Below are positions 1-15,000 of a DNA stretch of 64,000 bases, one piece after another. This DNA is from the human T2T-CHM13v2.0 reference genome, Homo sapiens. The position numbers were made by a program, and so were the translations under genes. Position 1 is the first letter of the stretch. Each line of letters begins with the position of its first letter. The DNA is taken from assembly GCF_009914755.1 (NCBI RefSeq), contig NC_060930.1; one strand, written 5' to 3'. Under the pieces are notes generated by a model that worked only from the letters and a program-made list of their open reading frames with translations, did no database searches and was not told where the DNA came from.

Positions 1-3000
1 CATAGTGCCCCAGTGTGCACTCACCTAGCCTCATCATAGTGTCCCAGTGTGCGCTCACCTAGCCTCATCATACTGTCCCAGTGTGCGCTCACCTGGCCTC
101 ATCATAGTGCCCCAGTGTGCACTCACCTGGCCTCATCATAGTGTCCCAGTGTGCGCTCACCTGGCCTCATCATAGTGTCCCAGTGTGCAGTCACCTAGCC
201 TGATCATAGTGTCCCAGTGTGCGCTAACCTAGTCTCATCATAGTTTCCCAGTGTGGGCTCATCTAGCCTCATCATAGTGCCCCACTGTCCGCTCACGTAG
301 CCTCATAATAGTACCGCAGTGTGCACTCACTTAGCCTCATCACAGTGCGCCTGTGTGTGCTCACCTGGCCGCATCATAGTGGCCCAGTGTGCGCTCAGCT
401 GGCTTCATCATAGTGCCCCAGTGTGCGCTGACGTACCCTCTTCATAGTTTCCCAGTGTGCGCTCACCTAGCCTCATCATAGTGCCCCAGTGTACGCTCAC
501 CAAGCCTCCCCATAGTGCCCAAGTGTGCGCTCACCTAGCCTCATCACAGTGTCCCAGTGGGCACTCACCCGGCCTCATCATAGTGTCCCAGGGTGCACTC
601 ACCTAGCCTCATCATAGTGTCCAAGTGTGCGCTCACCCACCCTCATCATAGTGGCCCAGTGTGCGCTCAACTAGACTCATCTTAGTGCCCCAGTGTGCGC
701 TGACCTACCCTCTTCATAGTGTCCCAGTGTGCGCTCACCTAGCCTCTTCATAGTGTCCCAGTGTGCGCTCACCTAGCCTCATCATAGTGCCCGAGTGTGC
801 ACTCACCAGGCCTCACCATAGTGCCCCAGTGTGCCCTCACCTACCCTCATCATAGTGTCCCAGTGGGCGCTCACCCGGCCTCATCATAGTGTCCCAGTGT
901 GCACTCACCTAGCCTCATCATAGTGTCCAAGTGTGCGCTCACCCAGCCTCATCATAGTGTCCCAGTGCGTGCTCACCCGGCCTCATCATAGTATCCCAGT
1001 GTGCACTCTCCCGGCCTCATCATAGTGTCCAAGTGTGCACTCACCTAGCCTCATCAGAGTGTCCCAGTGTGCGCTCACCCGGCCTCATCATAGTGCCCCA
1101 GTGTGCACTCACCAGGCCTCATCATAGTGCCCCAGTGTGCACTCAAGCAGCCTCATCAGAGTGTCGCAGTGTGCGCTCACCTTACCTCATCATAGTGTCC
1201 CAGTGTGCGCTCACCCGGCCTCATCATAGTGTCCCAGTGTGCGCTCACCTAGCCTCATCAAAGTGTCCCAGTGTGCGCTCACCTGCCCTCATCATAGTGC
1301 CCCAGTGTGCGCTCACCTAGCCTCATCATAGTGTCCCAGTGTGCGCTCACCTAGCCTCAGCATAGTGTCCTTTTATCCGCTCACCTAGCCTCATCAAAGT
1401 GCCCCAGTGTGCGCTCACCTAGCCTCATCACACTGCCCCAGTGTGCGCTCACCTAACCTCATCATAGTGTCCCATTGTGCGTTCACCTAGCCGCATCAGA
1501 GTGTCCCAGTGTGTGCTCACCCGGCCTCATCATAGTGGCCCAGTGTACACTCACCTGGCCTCATTATACTGTCCCAGTGTGCACTCACCTGGCCTCATCA
1601 TAGTGTCCCAGTGTGCACTCACCTAGCCTCATCATAGTGTCCCAGTGTGCACTCAGCTAGCCTGATCATAGTGTCCCAGTGTGCACTCACCTAGCCTCAT
1701 CATAGTGCCCCAGGGTGCGCTCATCTGGCCTCATGATAGTGTCGCAGTGTGCACTCACCTAACGTCATCATAGTGTCCCAGTGTGCAATCACCTAGCCTC
1801 ATCATAGTGCGCCAGTGTCCGCTCACCTAGCCTCATCAAAGTGTCCCATTGTGTGCTCACCTAGCCTCATCACAGTGCCCCAGTCGGCGCTCACCTAGCC
1901 TCATCATAGTGCCCCATTGTTCGCTCACCTAGCCTCATCATAGTGTCCCAGTGGGCACTCACCTGGCCTCATAATAGTGTCCCAGTGTGCGCTCACCGTG
2001 CTTCATCATAGTGAACCAGTGTGCGCTCACCTAGCCTCATTATAGTGTCCCAGTGTGCGCTCACCCGGCCTCATCATAGTGTCCCAGTGTGCACTCACCT
2101 AGACTCATCATAATGCCCCAGTATCCGCTCACCTAGCCTCATCATAGTGTCCCAGTGAGCGCTCACCCGGCCTCATCATAGTGTCCCAGTGAGCGCTCAC
2201 CCGGCCTCATCATAGTGCCCCACTGTGCGCTCACCCGGCCTCATCATAGTGTCCCACTGTGCGCTCACCTGGCCATATCATAGTGTCCCAGTGTGCGCTC
2301 ACCTAGCCTCATCATAGTGCCCCAGTGTGCGCTCACCTGGCCTCATCATAGTGCCCCAGTATGCATTCACCTAGCCTCATCATAGTGCCCCAGTGTGCAC
2401 TCACCTAGCCTCATCATAGTGTCCCAGTGTGCGCTCACCCGACCTCATCATAGTGCCCCAGTGTGCACTCAGGTAGCCTCCTCATAGTGTCCCAGTGTGC
2501 ACTCACCCGGCCTCATCATAGTGTCCCAGTGTGCGCTCACCCAGCCTCGTCATAGTGCCCCAGTGTTCGCTCACCTGACCTCATCATAGTGTCCCAGAGT
2601 GCACTCACTTGGCCTCATCATAGTGTCCCAGTGGGCGCTCACCTGGCATCATCATAGTGTCCCAGTGTGCGCTCACCCGGCCTCATCATAGTGCCCCAGT
2701 GTGCGCTCACCCGGCCTCATCATAGTGCCTCAGTGTGCGCTCATCTAGCCTCATCATAGTCTCCCAGTGTCCGCTCACCTAGCCTCATCATAGTATCCCA
2801 GTATGCACTCACCCGGCCTCACCATAGTGTCGCAGTGTGCATTCACCCGGCCTCAGCATAGTGTCCCAGTGTGCGCTAACCTAGCGTCATCATAGTGTCC
2901 CAGTGTCCGCTCACATAGCCTCATCATAGTGCCCCAGTGTGCACTCACCTAGCCTCATCATAGTGCACCAGTGTGCACTCACCTGGCCTCATCATAGTGT

Positions 3001-6000
3001 CTCAGTGTACACTCACCTGGCCTCATCATAGTGTCTCAGTGTGCTCTCACCTGGCCTCATCATAGTGTCCCAATGTCCGCTCACCTAGCCTGATCATAGT
3101 GCCCCAGTATCCGTTCACTTAGCCTCATCATAGTGCCCCAGTATCCGTTCACCTAGCCTCATCATAGTGTCCCAGTGTGCACTCACCTGGCCTCATCATA
3201 GTGTCCCAGTGTGCGCTAAACTAGTCTCATCATAGTTTCCCAGTGTGGGCTCACCTAGCCTCATCATAGTGCCCCACTGTCCACTCACCTAGCCTCATCA
3301 TAGTGCCCCACTGTCCGCTCACCTAGCCTCATCATAGTGCCCCAGTTTGAACTCACTTAGGCTCATCATAGTGTCCCAGTGTGCGCTCACCTGGCCGCAT
3401 CATAGTGCCCCAGTGTGCACTCACCCAGCCTCATCATAGTGTCCCAGTGTGCACTCACCAGGCCTAATCATAATGCCCCAGTGTGCACTCACCTAGCCTC
3501 ATCATAGTGTCCCAGTGTGCGCTCACCTTGCGTCATCATAGTGTCCCAATGTGCGCTCACCCGGCCTCATCATAGTGTCCCAGTGTGCGCTCACCTAGCC
3601 TCATCATAGTGTCCCAGTGTGCGCTCCCCTGGCCTCATCATAGTGCCCGTGTGCGCTCACCTAGCCTCATCATAGTGTCCGAGTGTGCGCTCACCTAGCC
3701 TCATCATAGTGTCCCATTGTGCGTTCACCTAGCCTCATCATAGTGTCCCAGTGTGTGCTCACCCAGCCTCATCATAGTGTCCCAGTGCGTGCACACCTAG
3801 CCTCATCATAGTATCCCAGTGTGCGCTCACCCGGCCTCATCATAGTATCCCAGTGTGCACTCTCCCGGCCTGATCATAGTGTCCAAGTGTGCACTCAACT
3901 AGCCTCATGATAGTGTCCAAGTGTGCACTCACCTAGCCTCATCAGAGTGTCCCAGTGTGCGCTCACCCGGCCTCATCATAGTGCCCCAGTGTGCACTCAC
4001 CAGGCCTAATCATAACGCCCCAGTGTGCACTCACCTAGCCTCATCATAGTGTCCCAGTGTGCGCTCATCTTACCTCATCATAGTGCCCCAGTGTGCGCTC
4101 ACCCGGCCTCATCATAGTGCCCCACTATGCCCTCACCCGGCCTCATGATAGTGTCCCAGTGTGCACTCACCTGGCCTGATCATAGTGTCCCAGTGTGCAT
4201 TGACCTAGCCTCATCATAGTGTCCCAGTGTGCGCTCACCTAGCCTCATCATAGTGTCCTTTTATCCGCTCACCTAGCCTCATCAAAGTGCCCCAGTGTGC
4301 GCTCAACTAGCCTCATCACACTGCCCCAGTATGCGCTCACCTAACCTCATCATAGTGTCCCATTGTGCGTTCACCTAGCCTCATCAGAGTGTCCCAGAGT
4401 GTGCTCACCCAGCCTCATCATAGTGGCCCAGTGTACACTCACCTGGCCTCATTATACTGTCCCAGTGTGCACTCACCCGGCCTCATCATAGTGTCCCAGT
4501 GTGCACTCACCTAGCCTCATCATAGTGTCCCAGTGTGCACTCAGCTAGCCTGATCATAGTGTCCCAGTGTGCACTCACCTAGCCTCATCATAATGCCCCA
4601 GGGTGCGCTCATCTGGCCTCATGATAGTGTCGCAGTGTGCACTCACCTAACGTCATCATAGTGTCCCAGTGTGCAATCACCTAGCCTCATCATAGTGCCC
4701 CAGTGTCCGCTCACCTAGCCTCATCAAAGTGTCCCAGTGTGTGCTCACCTAGACTCATCACAGTGCCCCAGTCGGCGCTCACCTAGCCTCATCATAGTGC
4801 CCCATTGTGCGCACACCTAGCCTCATCATAGTGTCCCAGTGTGCATTCACATGGCCTAATAGTGTCCCAGTGTGCGCTCACCGTGCTTCATCATAGTGAA
4901 CCAGTGTGTGCTCTCGTAGCCTCATTATAGTGTCCCAGTGTGCGCTCACCCGACCTCATCATAGTGTCCCAGTGTGCACTCACCTAGACTCATCATAATG
5001 CCCCAGTATCCGCTCACCTAGCCTCATCATAGTGCCCCAGTATCCGTTCACCTAGCCTAATCATAGTGTCCCAGTGTGCACTCACCTGGCCTCATCATAG
5101 TGTCCCAGTGTGCGCTAAACTAGTCTCATCAGTTTCCCAGTGTGGGCTCACCTAGCCTCATCATAGTGCCCCACTGTCCACTCACCTAGCCTCATCATAG
5201 TGCCCCACTGTCCGCTCACCTAGCCTCATCATAGTGCCCCAGTGTGAACTCACTTAGCCTCCTCATAGTGCGCCAGTGTGCGCTCACCTGGCCGCATCAT
5301 AGTGCCCCAGTGTGCACTCACCCGGCCTCATCATAGTGGCCCAGTGTGCACTCACCAGGCCTAATCATAATGGCCCAGTGTGCACTCACCAGGCCTAATC
5401 ATAATGCCCCAGTGTGCGCTCACCCGGCCTCATCATAGTGTCCCAGTGTGCGCTCACCTAGCCTCATCATAGTGTCCGAGTGTGCGCTCACCTAGCCTCA
5501 TCATAGTGTCCTTTTATCCGCTCACCTAGCCTCATCAAAGTGCCCCAATGTGCGCTCATCTAGCCTCATCACACTGCCCCAGTGTGCGCTCACCTAACCT
5601 CATCATAGTGTCCCATTGTGCGTTCACCTAGCCTCATCATAGTGTCCCAGTGTGTGCTCCCCCTGCCTCGTCATAGTGCCCCAGTGTATACTCACCTGGC
5701 CTCATTATACTGTCCCAGTGTGCACTCTCCCGGCCTCATCATAGTGTCCCGGTGTGCGCTCACCTAGCCTCATCATAGTGTCCCACTGTGCGCTCACCTG
5801 GCCTCATCATAGTGTCCCAGTGTGCACTCACCTGGCCTCATCATAGTGCCCCAGTGAGCACTCACCTAGCCTCAGCATAGTGCCCCATTGTGCACTCACC
5901 TACCCTCAACGTAGTGCCCCAGTGTACACTCAACCGGCCTCATCATAGTGCCCCAGTGAGCACTCACCTAGCCTCAGCATAGTGTCCCACTGTGCGCTCA

Positions 6001-9000
6001 CCTGGCCTCATCATAGTGTCCCAGTGTGCACTCACCTAGCCTCAGCATAGTGCCCCAGTGTGCACTCACCTACCCTCAACATAGTGCCCCAGTGTGCACT
6101 CAACCGGCCTCATCATAGTGCCCGAGTGTCCGCTCACCTAGCCTCATCATAGTGTCCCACTGTGCACTAATCCGGCCTCATCATAGTGTCCCAGTGTGCG
6201 CTCACCTAGCCTCATCTTAGTGTCCCAGTGTGCACTCACCTAGCCTCATCATACTGCCCTAGTGTGCACTCACCTACCCAATCATAGTGTCCCAGTGTGC
6301 ACTCACCCGGAATTATCATAGTGTCCCAGTGTGCGCTCCCCTAGCCTCATCATAGTGTCCCAGTGTGCACTCACCTAGCCTCATCATAGTGTCCCAGTGT
6401 GCGCTCACCTATCTTCATCGTAGTGTCCCAGTGTGCGCTCACCTACCCTCCTCATAGTGTCCCAGTGTGCGCTAAAATGGCCTCATCATAGTGTCCCAGT
6501 GTGCATTGACCTGGCCTCCTCATAGTGCCCCAGTGAGCACTCACGTAGCCTCATCATAGTGCACCAGTGTGCACTTACCTAGCCTCATCATAGTGCCCCA
6601 GTGTGCACTCAAGCAGCCTCAGAGTGTCGCAGTGTGCGCTCACCGAGCCTCATCATAGTGCCCCAGTGTCCGCTCACCTAGCCTCATCATACTGTCCCAG
6701 TGTGAGCTCACCTAGCCTCATCATAGTGTCCCAGTCTGCGCTCACCTAGCCTCATCATAGTGCCCCAGGGTGCGCTCATCTAGCCTCATAATAGTGTCCC
6801 AGTGTGCACTCACCTGGCCTCATCATAGTGTCCCAGAGTGCGCTCACCCGGCCTCATCATAGTGCCCCAGTGTGCGCTCCCCTAGCCTCATCATAGTGTC
6901 CCAGTGGGCGCTCAACCACCCTCATCATAGTGTCCCAGTGTGCACTCACCTAGCCTCATCTTAATGCCCCAGTGTCCGCTCACCTAGCCTCATCATAGTG
7001 TCCCAGTGTGCACTCACCCCGCCTTATAATAGTGCCCCACTGTGCGCTAACCTGGCCTCATCATAGTGTCCCAGTGTGCATTCACCTGGCCTCATCATAG
7101 TGTCCCACTGTGCGCTCATCTGGCCTCATCACAGTGTCCCAGTGTGAACTCACCTGGCCTCATCATAGTGTCCCAGTGTGCACTCACCTGGCCTCATCAC
7201 AGTGCCCCAGTCTGCACTCACCTGGCCTCATCATAGTGTCCCAGTGTGCACTCACCTAGCCTCATCATAGTGCCCCAGTCTGCACTCACCTAGCCTCATC
7301 ATAGTGCCCCAGTCTGCACTCACCTAGCCTCATCATAGTGTCCCAGTGTGCACTCACCTAGCCTCATCATAGTGCCCTCGTGTGCGCTCACCTAGCCAAA
7401 TCTTAGTGCCCCAGTGTGCACTCACCTAGCCTCATCATAGTGTCACACTGTGCGCTCACCCGGCCTCATCATAGTGTAACAGTGTGTACTCACCTGGCCT
7501 CATCATAGTGCCCCAGTGTGCACTCACCTAGCCTCATCATACTGTCCCAGTGTGTGCTCACCTAGCCTCATCATAGTGCCCCATTGTGCACTCCCCTAGC
7601 CTCATCATAGTGTACCAGTGAGCGCTCACCCGGCCTCATCATAGCGCCCCACTGTGTGCTAACATCGCCTCATCATAGTGTCCCAGTGTGCGATCACCTG
7701 GCCTCACCATAGAGTCCCAGTGTGCACTCACCTAGCCGCATCATAGTGTCCCAGTGTGCACTCACCTAGCCTCATCAGTGTCCCAGTGTGTGTACACCTA
7801 GCCTCATCAGAGTGTCCCAGTGTGCGCTCACCTAGCCTCATCATAGTGTCCCAGTGTGCGCTCACCCGGCCTCATCATAGTGCCCCAGTGTGCACTCACA
7901 TGGCCTCACCAAAGTGTCCCAGTGTGCACTCACCAGGCCTCATAATAGTGCCCCAGTGTGTGCTCAACTACCCTCATCATAGTTTCACAGTGTGCACTCA
8001 TCCGGCCTCATCATAGTGCCCAAGTGTGCACTCACCTAGCCTCATCATACTGTCCCAGTGTCTGCTCACCGAGCTTCATCATAGTGCTCCCGTGTGCACT
8101 CACCTAGCCTCATCATAGTGCCCCAGTGTGCACTTACCTAGCCTCATCATAGTGTCCCACTGTGCGATCACCCGGCTTCATCATAGTGTAACAGTGTGCG
8201 CTCACCTGGCCTCATCTTAGTGCCCCACTGTGCACCCACTTAGCCTCATCATAGTGCCCCAGTGTGTACTCACATAGCCTCATCATAGTGCCCCAGTGTG
8301 CACTCACATACCCTCATCATGGTGTCCCAGTGTGCACTCACCTACCCTCATCATAGGGTCCCAGTGTGCACTCACCAAGCCTCATCATAGTGCCCCAGTG
8401 TGTGCTCATCTAGCCTCAACAAAATGTCCCAGTGTGCACTCACCCGGAATCATCATAGTATCCCAGTGTGCGCTCACCTAGCCTCATCATTGTGTCCCAG
8501 TGTGCGCTCACCTGGCCTCATCATAGTGCCTCAGTGTGCGCTCACCTAGCCTCATCATAGTGTCCCAGTGTGCGCTCACCTAGCCTCATCATAGTGTCCT
8601 ATTATCCGCTAACCTAGCCTCATCAAAGTGCCCCAGTGTGCGCTGACCTAGCCTCATCACACTGCCCCAGTGTGCGCTCACCTAACCTCATCATAGTGTC
8701 CCATTGTGCGCTCACCTAGCCTCATGATAGTGTCCCAGTGTGTGCTCACCCAGCTTCATCATAGTGCCCCAGTGTACACTCACCTGGCCTCATTATACTG
8801 ACCAGTGTGCACTCACCCGGCCTCATCATAGTGTCCCAGTGTGCGCTCACCTAGCCTCATCATAGTGTCCCAGTGTGCGCTCACCTAGCCTCATCATAGT
8901 GTCCCAGTGTGCACTCAGCTAGCCTCATCATAGAGTCCCAGTGCGCACTCACCTAGCCTCATCATAGTGTCCCAGGGTGCGCTCATCCAGCCTCATCATA

Positions 9001-12000
9001 GTGTCGCAGTGTGCACTCACCTAGACTCATCATAGTGTCCCAGTGTGCAATCACCTAGCCTCATCATAGTGCCACAGTGTGCGCTCACCTGGCCTCAACA
9101 TACTGTCCCAGTGTGCGGTCACCTAGCCTCATCATAGTGTCCCAGTGTGCGCTCACCTGGACTCATCATAGTACCGCAGTGTGCACTCACCTGGCCTCAT
9201 CATAGTGTCCCAGTGTCCGCTCACCGAGCATCATCATAGGGCCCCAGTGTGCGCTCACCCGGCCTCATCATAGTGCCCCACTATGCCCTCACCGGGCCTC
9301 ATGATAGTGTCCCAGTGTGCACTCACCTGGCCTGATCATAGTGTCGCAGTGTGCATTCACCTAGCCTCATCATAGTGCCCCAGTGTGCACTCACCTAGGC
9401 TCAACATAGTGTCCCAGTGTGCGCTCACCTAGCCTCATCATAGTGTCACAGTGTGCCCTCAGCCGGCCTCATCATAGTGTCCCAGTGTGCGCTCACCCGG
9501 CCTCATAACAGTGCCCCAGTGTGCGCTCACCTGGCCTCGTCATAGTGTCCCACTGTGCATTCACCTGGCCTCATCATAGTGTCCCAGTGTGCATTCATCT
9601 GGCCTCATCATAGTTTCCCAGTGTGCGCTCACCCGGCCTCATCATAGTGTCCCACTGTGCACTCACCTGGCCTCATCATAGTGTCCCAGTGTGCGCTCAC
9701 CTAGCCTCATCATAGTGTCCCAGTGTGCGTTCACCTAGCCTCATCATAGTGTCCCAGTGTGCGCTCACCTGGCCTCATCATAGTGCCCCACTGTGCACTC
9801 ACCTAGCCTCATCATAGTGCCCCAGTGTGCACTCACCTAGCCTCATCATAGTGTCCCAGTGTGCGCTCACCCGGCCTCATCATAGTGCCCCAGTGTGCAC
9901 TCACCTGGCCTCATCATAGTGTCCCAGGGTGCACTCACCCGGCCTCATCATAGTGTCCCAGTGTGCGCTCACCCAGCCTCATCATAGTGCCCCAGTGTTC
10001 GCTCACCTGGCCTCATCATAGTGTCCCAGATTGCACTCAACTGGCCTCATCATAGTGACCCAGTGGGCGCTCACCCGGCATCACCATAGTGTCCCAGTGT
10101 GCGCTTACCCGGCCTCATCACAGTGCCCCAGTGTGCGCTCACCCGGCCTCATCATAGTGCCTCAGTGTGCTCTCGCCTAGCCTCATCATAGTGTCCCAGT
10201 GTCCCCTCACCTAGCCTCATCATAGTGTCCCAGTGTGCACTCACCCGCCCTCACCATAGTGTCGCAGTGTGCACTCACCCGGCCTCATCATAGTGTCCCA
10301 GTGTGCGCTAACGTAGCCTCATCATAGTGTCCCAGTGTCCACTCACATAGCCTCATCCTAGTGACCCAGTGTGCACTCACCTAGCCTCATCATAGTGCCC
10401 CAGTGTGCACTCACCTAGCCTCATCATAGTGCATCAGTGTGCACTCACCTTGCCTCATCATAGTGTCCCAGTGTGCACTCACCTGGCCTCATCATAGTGT
10501 CTCAGTGTGCTCTCACCTGGCCTGATCATAGTGTCACAGTGTCCACTCACCTAGCCTGATCATAGTGCCCCAGTATCCGCTCACTTAGCCTCATCACAGT
10601 GCCCCAGTATCCGTTCACCTAGCCTCATCATAGTGTCCCAGTGTGCACTCACCTGGCCTCATCATAGTGCCCCAGTGTGCGCTCACCTTGCCTCATCATA
10701 GTGTCCCAGTGTGCACTCACCTAGCCTCATCATAGTGCCCCAGTGTGCGTTCACATAGCCTCATCATAGTACCCCACTGTCCGCTCACCGAGCCTCATCA
10801 TAGTGCCCCAGTGTGCACTCACCTAGCCTCATCTTAGTGTCCCAGAGTGCGCTCACCTAGCCTCATCATACTGTCCCAGTGTGCGCTCACCTAGCCTCAT
10901 CATAGTGCCCCAGTGTGAACTCAACTAGCCTCATCATAGTGCCCCAGTGTGGACTCACCTGGCCTCATCAGTGTCCCAGTGTGCGCTCACCTGGCGTCAT
11001 CATAGTGTCCCAGTGTGCACTCTCCTAGCCTCATCATAGTGTCCCAGTGTGCGCTCACCTGGCGTCATCATAGTGTCCCAGTGTGCACTCTCCTAGCCTC
11101 ATCATAGTGTCCCAGTGTGCGCTAACCTAGTCTCATCATAGTTTCCCAGTGTGGGCTCATCTAGCCTCATCATAGTGCCCCACTGTCCGCTCACGTAGCC
11201 TCATAGTAGTACCCCAGTGTGCACTCACTTAGCCTCATCATAGTGCGCCAGTGTGCGCTCACCTGGCCTCATCATAGTGCCCCAGTGTGCGCTGACGTAC
11301 CCTCTTCACAGTTTCCCAGTGTTCGCTCACCTAGCCTCATCATAGTGCCCCAGTGTGCGCTCACCAAGCCACCCCATAGTGCCCAAGTGTGCGCTCACCT
11401 AGCCTCATCACAGTGTCCCAGTGTGCACTCACCCAGCCTCATCATAGTGTCCCAGGGTGCACTCACCTAGCCTCATCATAGTGTCCAAGTGTGCGCTCAC
11501 CCACCCTCATCATAGTGGCCCAGTGTGCACTCACCTAGCCTCATCATAGTGTCCCAGTGTCCACTCACCTAGCCTCATCATAGTGTCCCAGTGTGCGCTC
11601 ACCGGCCTCATCATAGTGTTCCAGTGTGCGCTCACCCGGCCTCATCATAGTGTCCCAGGGTGCACTCAAGTAGCCTCAACATAGTTCCCAGTGTGCGCTT
11701 ACCCGGCCTCATCATAGTGCCCCAGTGTGCACTCACCAGGCCTCATCATAGTGCCCCAGTGTGCACTCACCTAGCCTCATCATAGTGTCCCAGTGTGCGC
11801 TCAACTGGACTCATCATAGTGCCCCAGTGTGCGCTGACCTACCCTCTTCATAGTGTCCCAGTGTGCGCTCACCTAGCCTCTTCATAGTGTCCCAGTGTGC
11901 GCTCACCTAGCCTCATCATAGTGCCCGAGTGTGCACTCACCAAGCCTCCTCATAGGGCCCGAGTGTGCACTCACCTAGCCTCATCACAGTGTCCCAGTGT

Positions 12001-15000
12001 GGGCTCACCTAGCCTCATCATAGTACCCCAGTGTGCACTCACCGGGCCTCATCATAGTGCCCCAGTGTGCGCTCACCTAGCCTCATCATAGTGTCCCAGT
12101 GTGCGCTCACCTAACCCCATCATAGTGCTCCAGTGTGACCTCACCTAGCCACATCATAGTGTTGCAGTGTGCAGTCAGCTAGCCCCATCATAGTGTCACA
12201 ATGTGCGCTCACCCGGCCTCATCAGTGTCCCACTGTGCACTCACCTAGCCTAATCATAGTGCCCCAGTGTCCGCTCACCTAGCCTCATCGTAGTGCCGCA
12301 GTGTGCACTCACCTGGCCTCATCATAGTGTCCCAGTGTGCGCTTACCTAGCCTCATCATACTGCCCCCCTATGCACACACCGAGCCTCATTATAGTGTCC
12401 CAGTGTGTGCTCACCTAGCCTCATCATAGTGTCCCAGTGTGCGCTCACCTAGCCTCATCATAGTGTCCCAGTGTGGACGCATACGGCCTCATCATAGTGT
12501 CCCAGTGTGCACTCAATCGGCCTCATCATAGTGCCCCAGTGAGCACTCACCTAGCCTCAGCATAGTGCCCCAGTGTGCACTCACCTACCCTCAACATAGT
12601 GGCCCAGTGTGCACTCAACCGGCCTCATCATAGTGCCCTACTGTCCGCTCACCTAGCCTCATCATAGTGTCCCAGTGTGCACTAATCCGGCCTCATCATA
12701 GTGTCCCAGTGTGCGCTCACCTAGCCTCATCTTAGTGTCCCAGTGTGCACTCATCTAGCCTCATGATACTGCCCCAGTGTGCACTCACCTACCCAAATAT
12801 AGTGTCCCAGTGTGCACTCACCCGGAATCATCATAGTGTCCCAGTGTGCGCTCCCCTAGCCTCATCATAGTATCCCAGTGTGCACTCACCTAGCCTCATC
12901 ATAGTGTCCCAGTGTGCGCTCACCTATCTTCATCGTAGTGTCCCAGTGTGCGCTCACCTAGCCTCCTCATAGTGTCCCAGTGTGCGCTCAAATGGCCTCA
13001 TCATAGTGTCCCAGTGTGTACTCACCTGGCCTCATCATAGTGTCCCAGTGTGCACTCACCTGGCCTCATCATTGTGTCCGAGTGTGCACTAACCTGGCCT
13101 CATCATAGCGTCCCAGTGTGCACCCACCCGGCTTCATCATAGTGTCCCAGTGTGCGCTGAGCTAGCCTCATCATAGTGCCCCCAGTGTACACTCATCTAA
13201 CCTTATCATAGTTTCCCAGTGTGCACTCACCTAGCCTCAACATAGTTCCCCAGTGTGCGTTGACCTGGCCTCATTATAGTGCCCCAGTGTGCAATCACCT
13301 AGCCTCATCATAATGTCCTAGTGTGCACTCACCTGCCCTCATCATAGTAACGCAGTATCCACTCACCTAGCCTCATGATAGTGTCCCAGTGTGCACTCAC
13401 CTGGCCTCATCATAGTGCCCCAGTGTGCGCTCACCTAGCCTCATCATAGTGTCCCAGTGTGCACTCACCTAGCCTTATCATAGTGACCCAGTGTGCGCTC
13501 ACCCGGCCTCATCATAGTGTCCCAGTGTGCACTCACCTAGCCTTATCATAGTGACCCAGTGTGCGCTCACCCGGCCTCATCATAGTGTCCCAGTGTGCAC
13601 TCACCGAGCCTCATCATAGCGCCCCAGTGTGCACACAGCTAGCCTCATCATAGTGTCCCAGTGTTCGCTAACCTAGCCTCATCATAGTGACCCAGTGTCC
13701 CCTAACCTAGCCTCATCATAGTGTGCCAGTGTGCGCTCACCTAGTCTCATCATAGTGCCCCAGTCTGCGCTCACCTAGCCTCATCATAGTGCCCCAGTGT
13801 ACGCTCACCCGGCCTCATCATAGTGCCCCAGTGTGCACTCACCGAGCCTCACCATAGTGTCGCAGTCTGCGCTCACCCGGCCTCATCATAGTGCCCCAGT
13901 GTGCCCTCACCTAACCCCATCATAGTGTCCCAGTGTGCGCTCACCTGGCCTCATCTTACTGTCCCAGTGTGCGCTCACCTAGCTTCATCATAATGCCCCA
14001 GTGTGAACTGAACTAGCCTCATCATAATGCCCCAGTGTGCAGTCACCTGGCCTCATCATAGTGTCCCACTGTGCGCTTACCTAGCCTCATCATACTGCCC
14101 TAGTGTGCGCTCACCTAGCCTCATCATACTGCCCCAGTGTGCGCTCACCTAGCCTCATCATAGTGCCCCCGTGTGCACACACCGAGCCTCATTATAGTGT
14201 CCCAGTGTGTGCTCACCTACCCTCATCATAGTGTCCCAGTGTGCGCTCACCTAGCCTCATCATAGTGTCCCAGTGTGCACGCATACGGCCTCATCATAGT
14301 GTCCCAGTGTGCACTCACCTGGCCTCATCATACTGCCCCAGTGAGCACTCACCTAGCCTCAGCATAGTGCCCCAGTGTGCACTCACCTACCCTCATCATA
14401 GTGCCCCACTGTGCACTCAACCGGCCTCATCATAGTGTCCCAGTGTGCGCTCACCTAGCCTCAACATAGTGCCCTAGTGTCCCCTCACCTAGCCTCATCA
14501 TAGTGTCCCAGTGTGCACTAATCCGGCCTCATCATAGTGTCCCAGTGTGCGCTCACCTAGCCTCATCTTAGTGTTCCAGTGTGCACTCACCTAGCCTCAT
14601 CATAGTGCCCCAGTGTGCACTCACCTAGCCTAATGATAGTATCCCAGTGTGCACTCACCCGGAATCATCATAGTGTCCCAGTGTGCGCTCCCCTAGCCTC
14701 ATCATAGTGTCCCAGTGTGCACTCACCTAGCCTCATCAGTGTCGCAGTGTGCGCTCACCTGTCCTCATCGCAGTGTCCCAGTGTGCGCTCACCTAGCCTC
14801 ATCATAGTGTCCCAGTGTGCGCTCAACTGGCCTCATCATAGTGTCCCAGTGTGCGCTCACCTGGCCTCATCATAGTGTCCCAGTGTGCACTCACCTGGCC
14901 TCATCATAGTGTCCCAGGGTGCACTCACCCGGCCTCATCACAGTGTCCCAGTGTGTGCTGAGCTAGCCTCATCATAGTGCCCCAGTGTACACTCATCTAG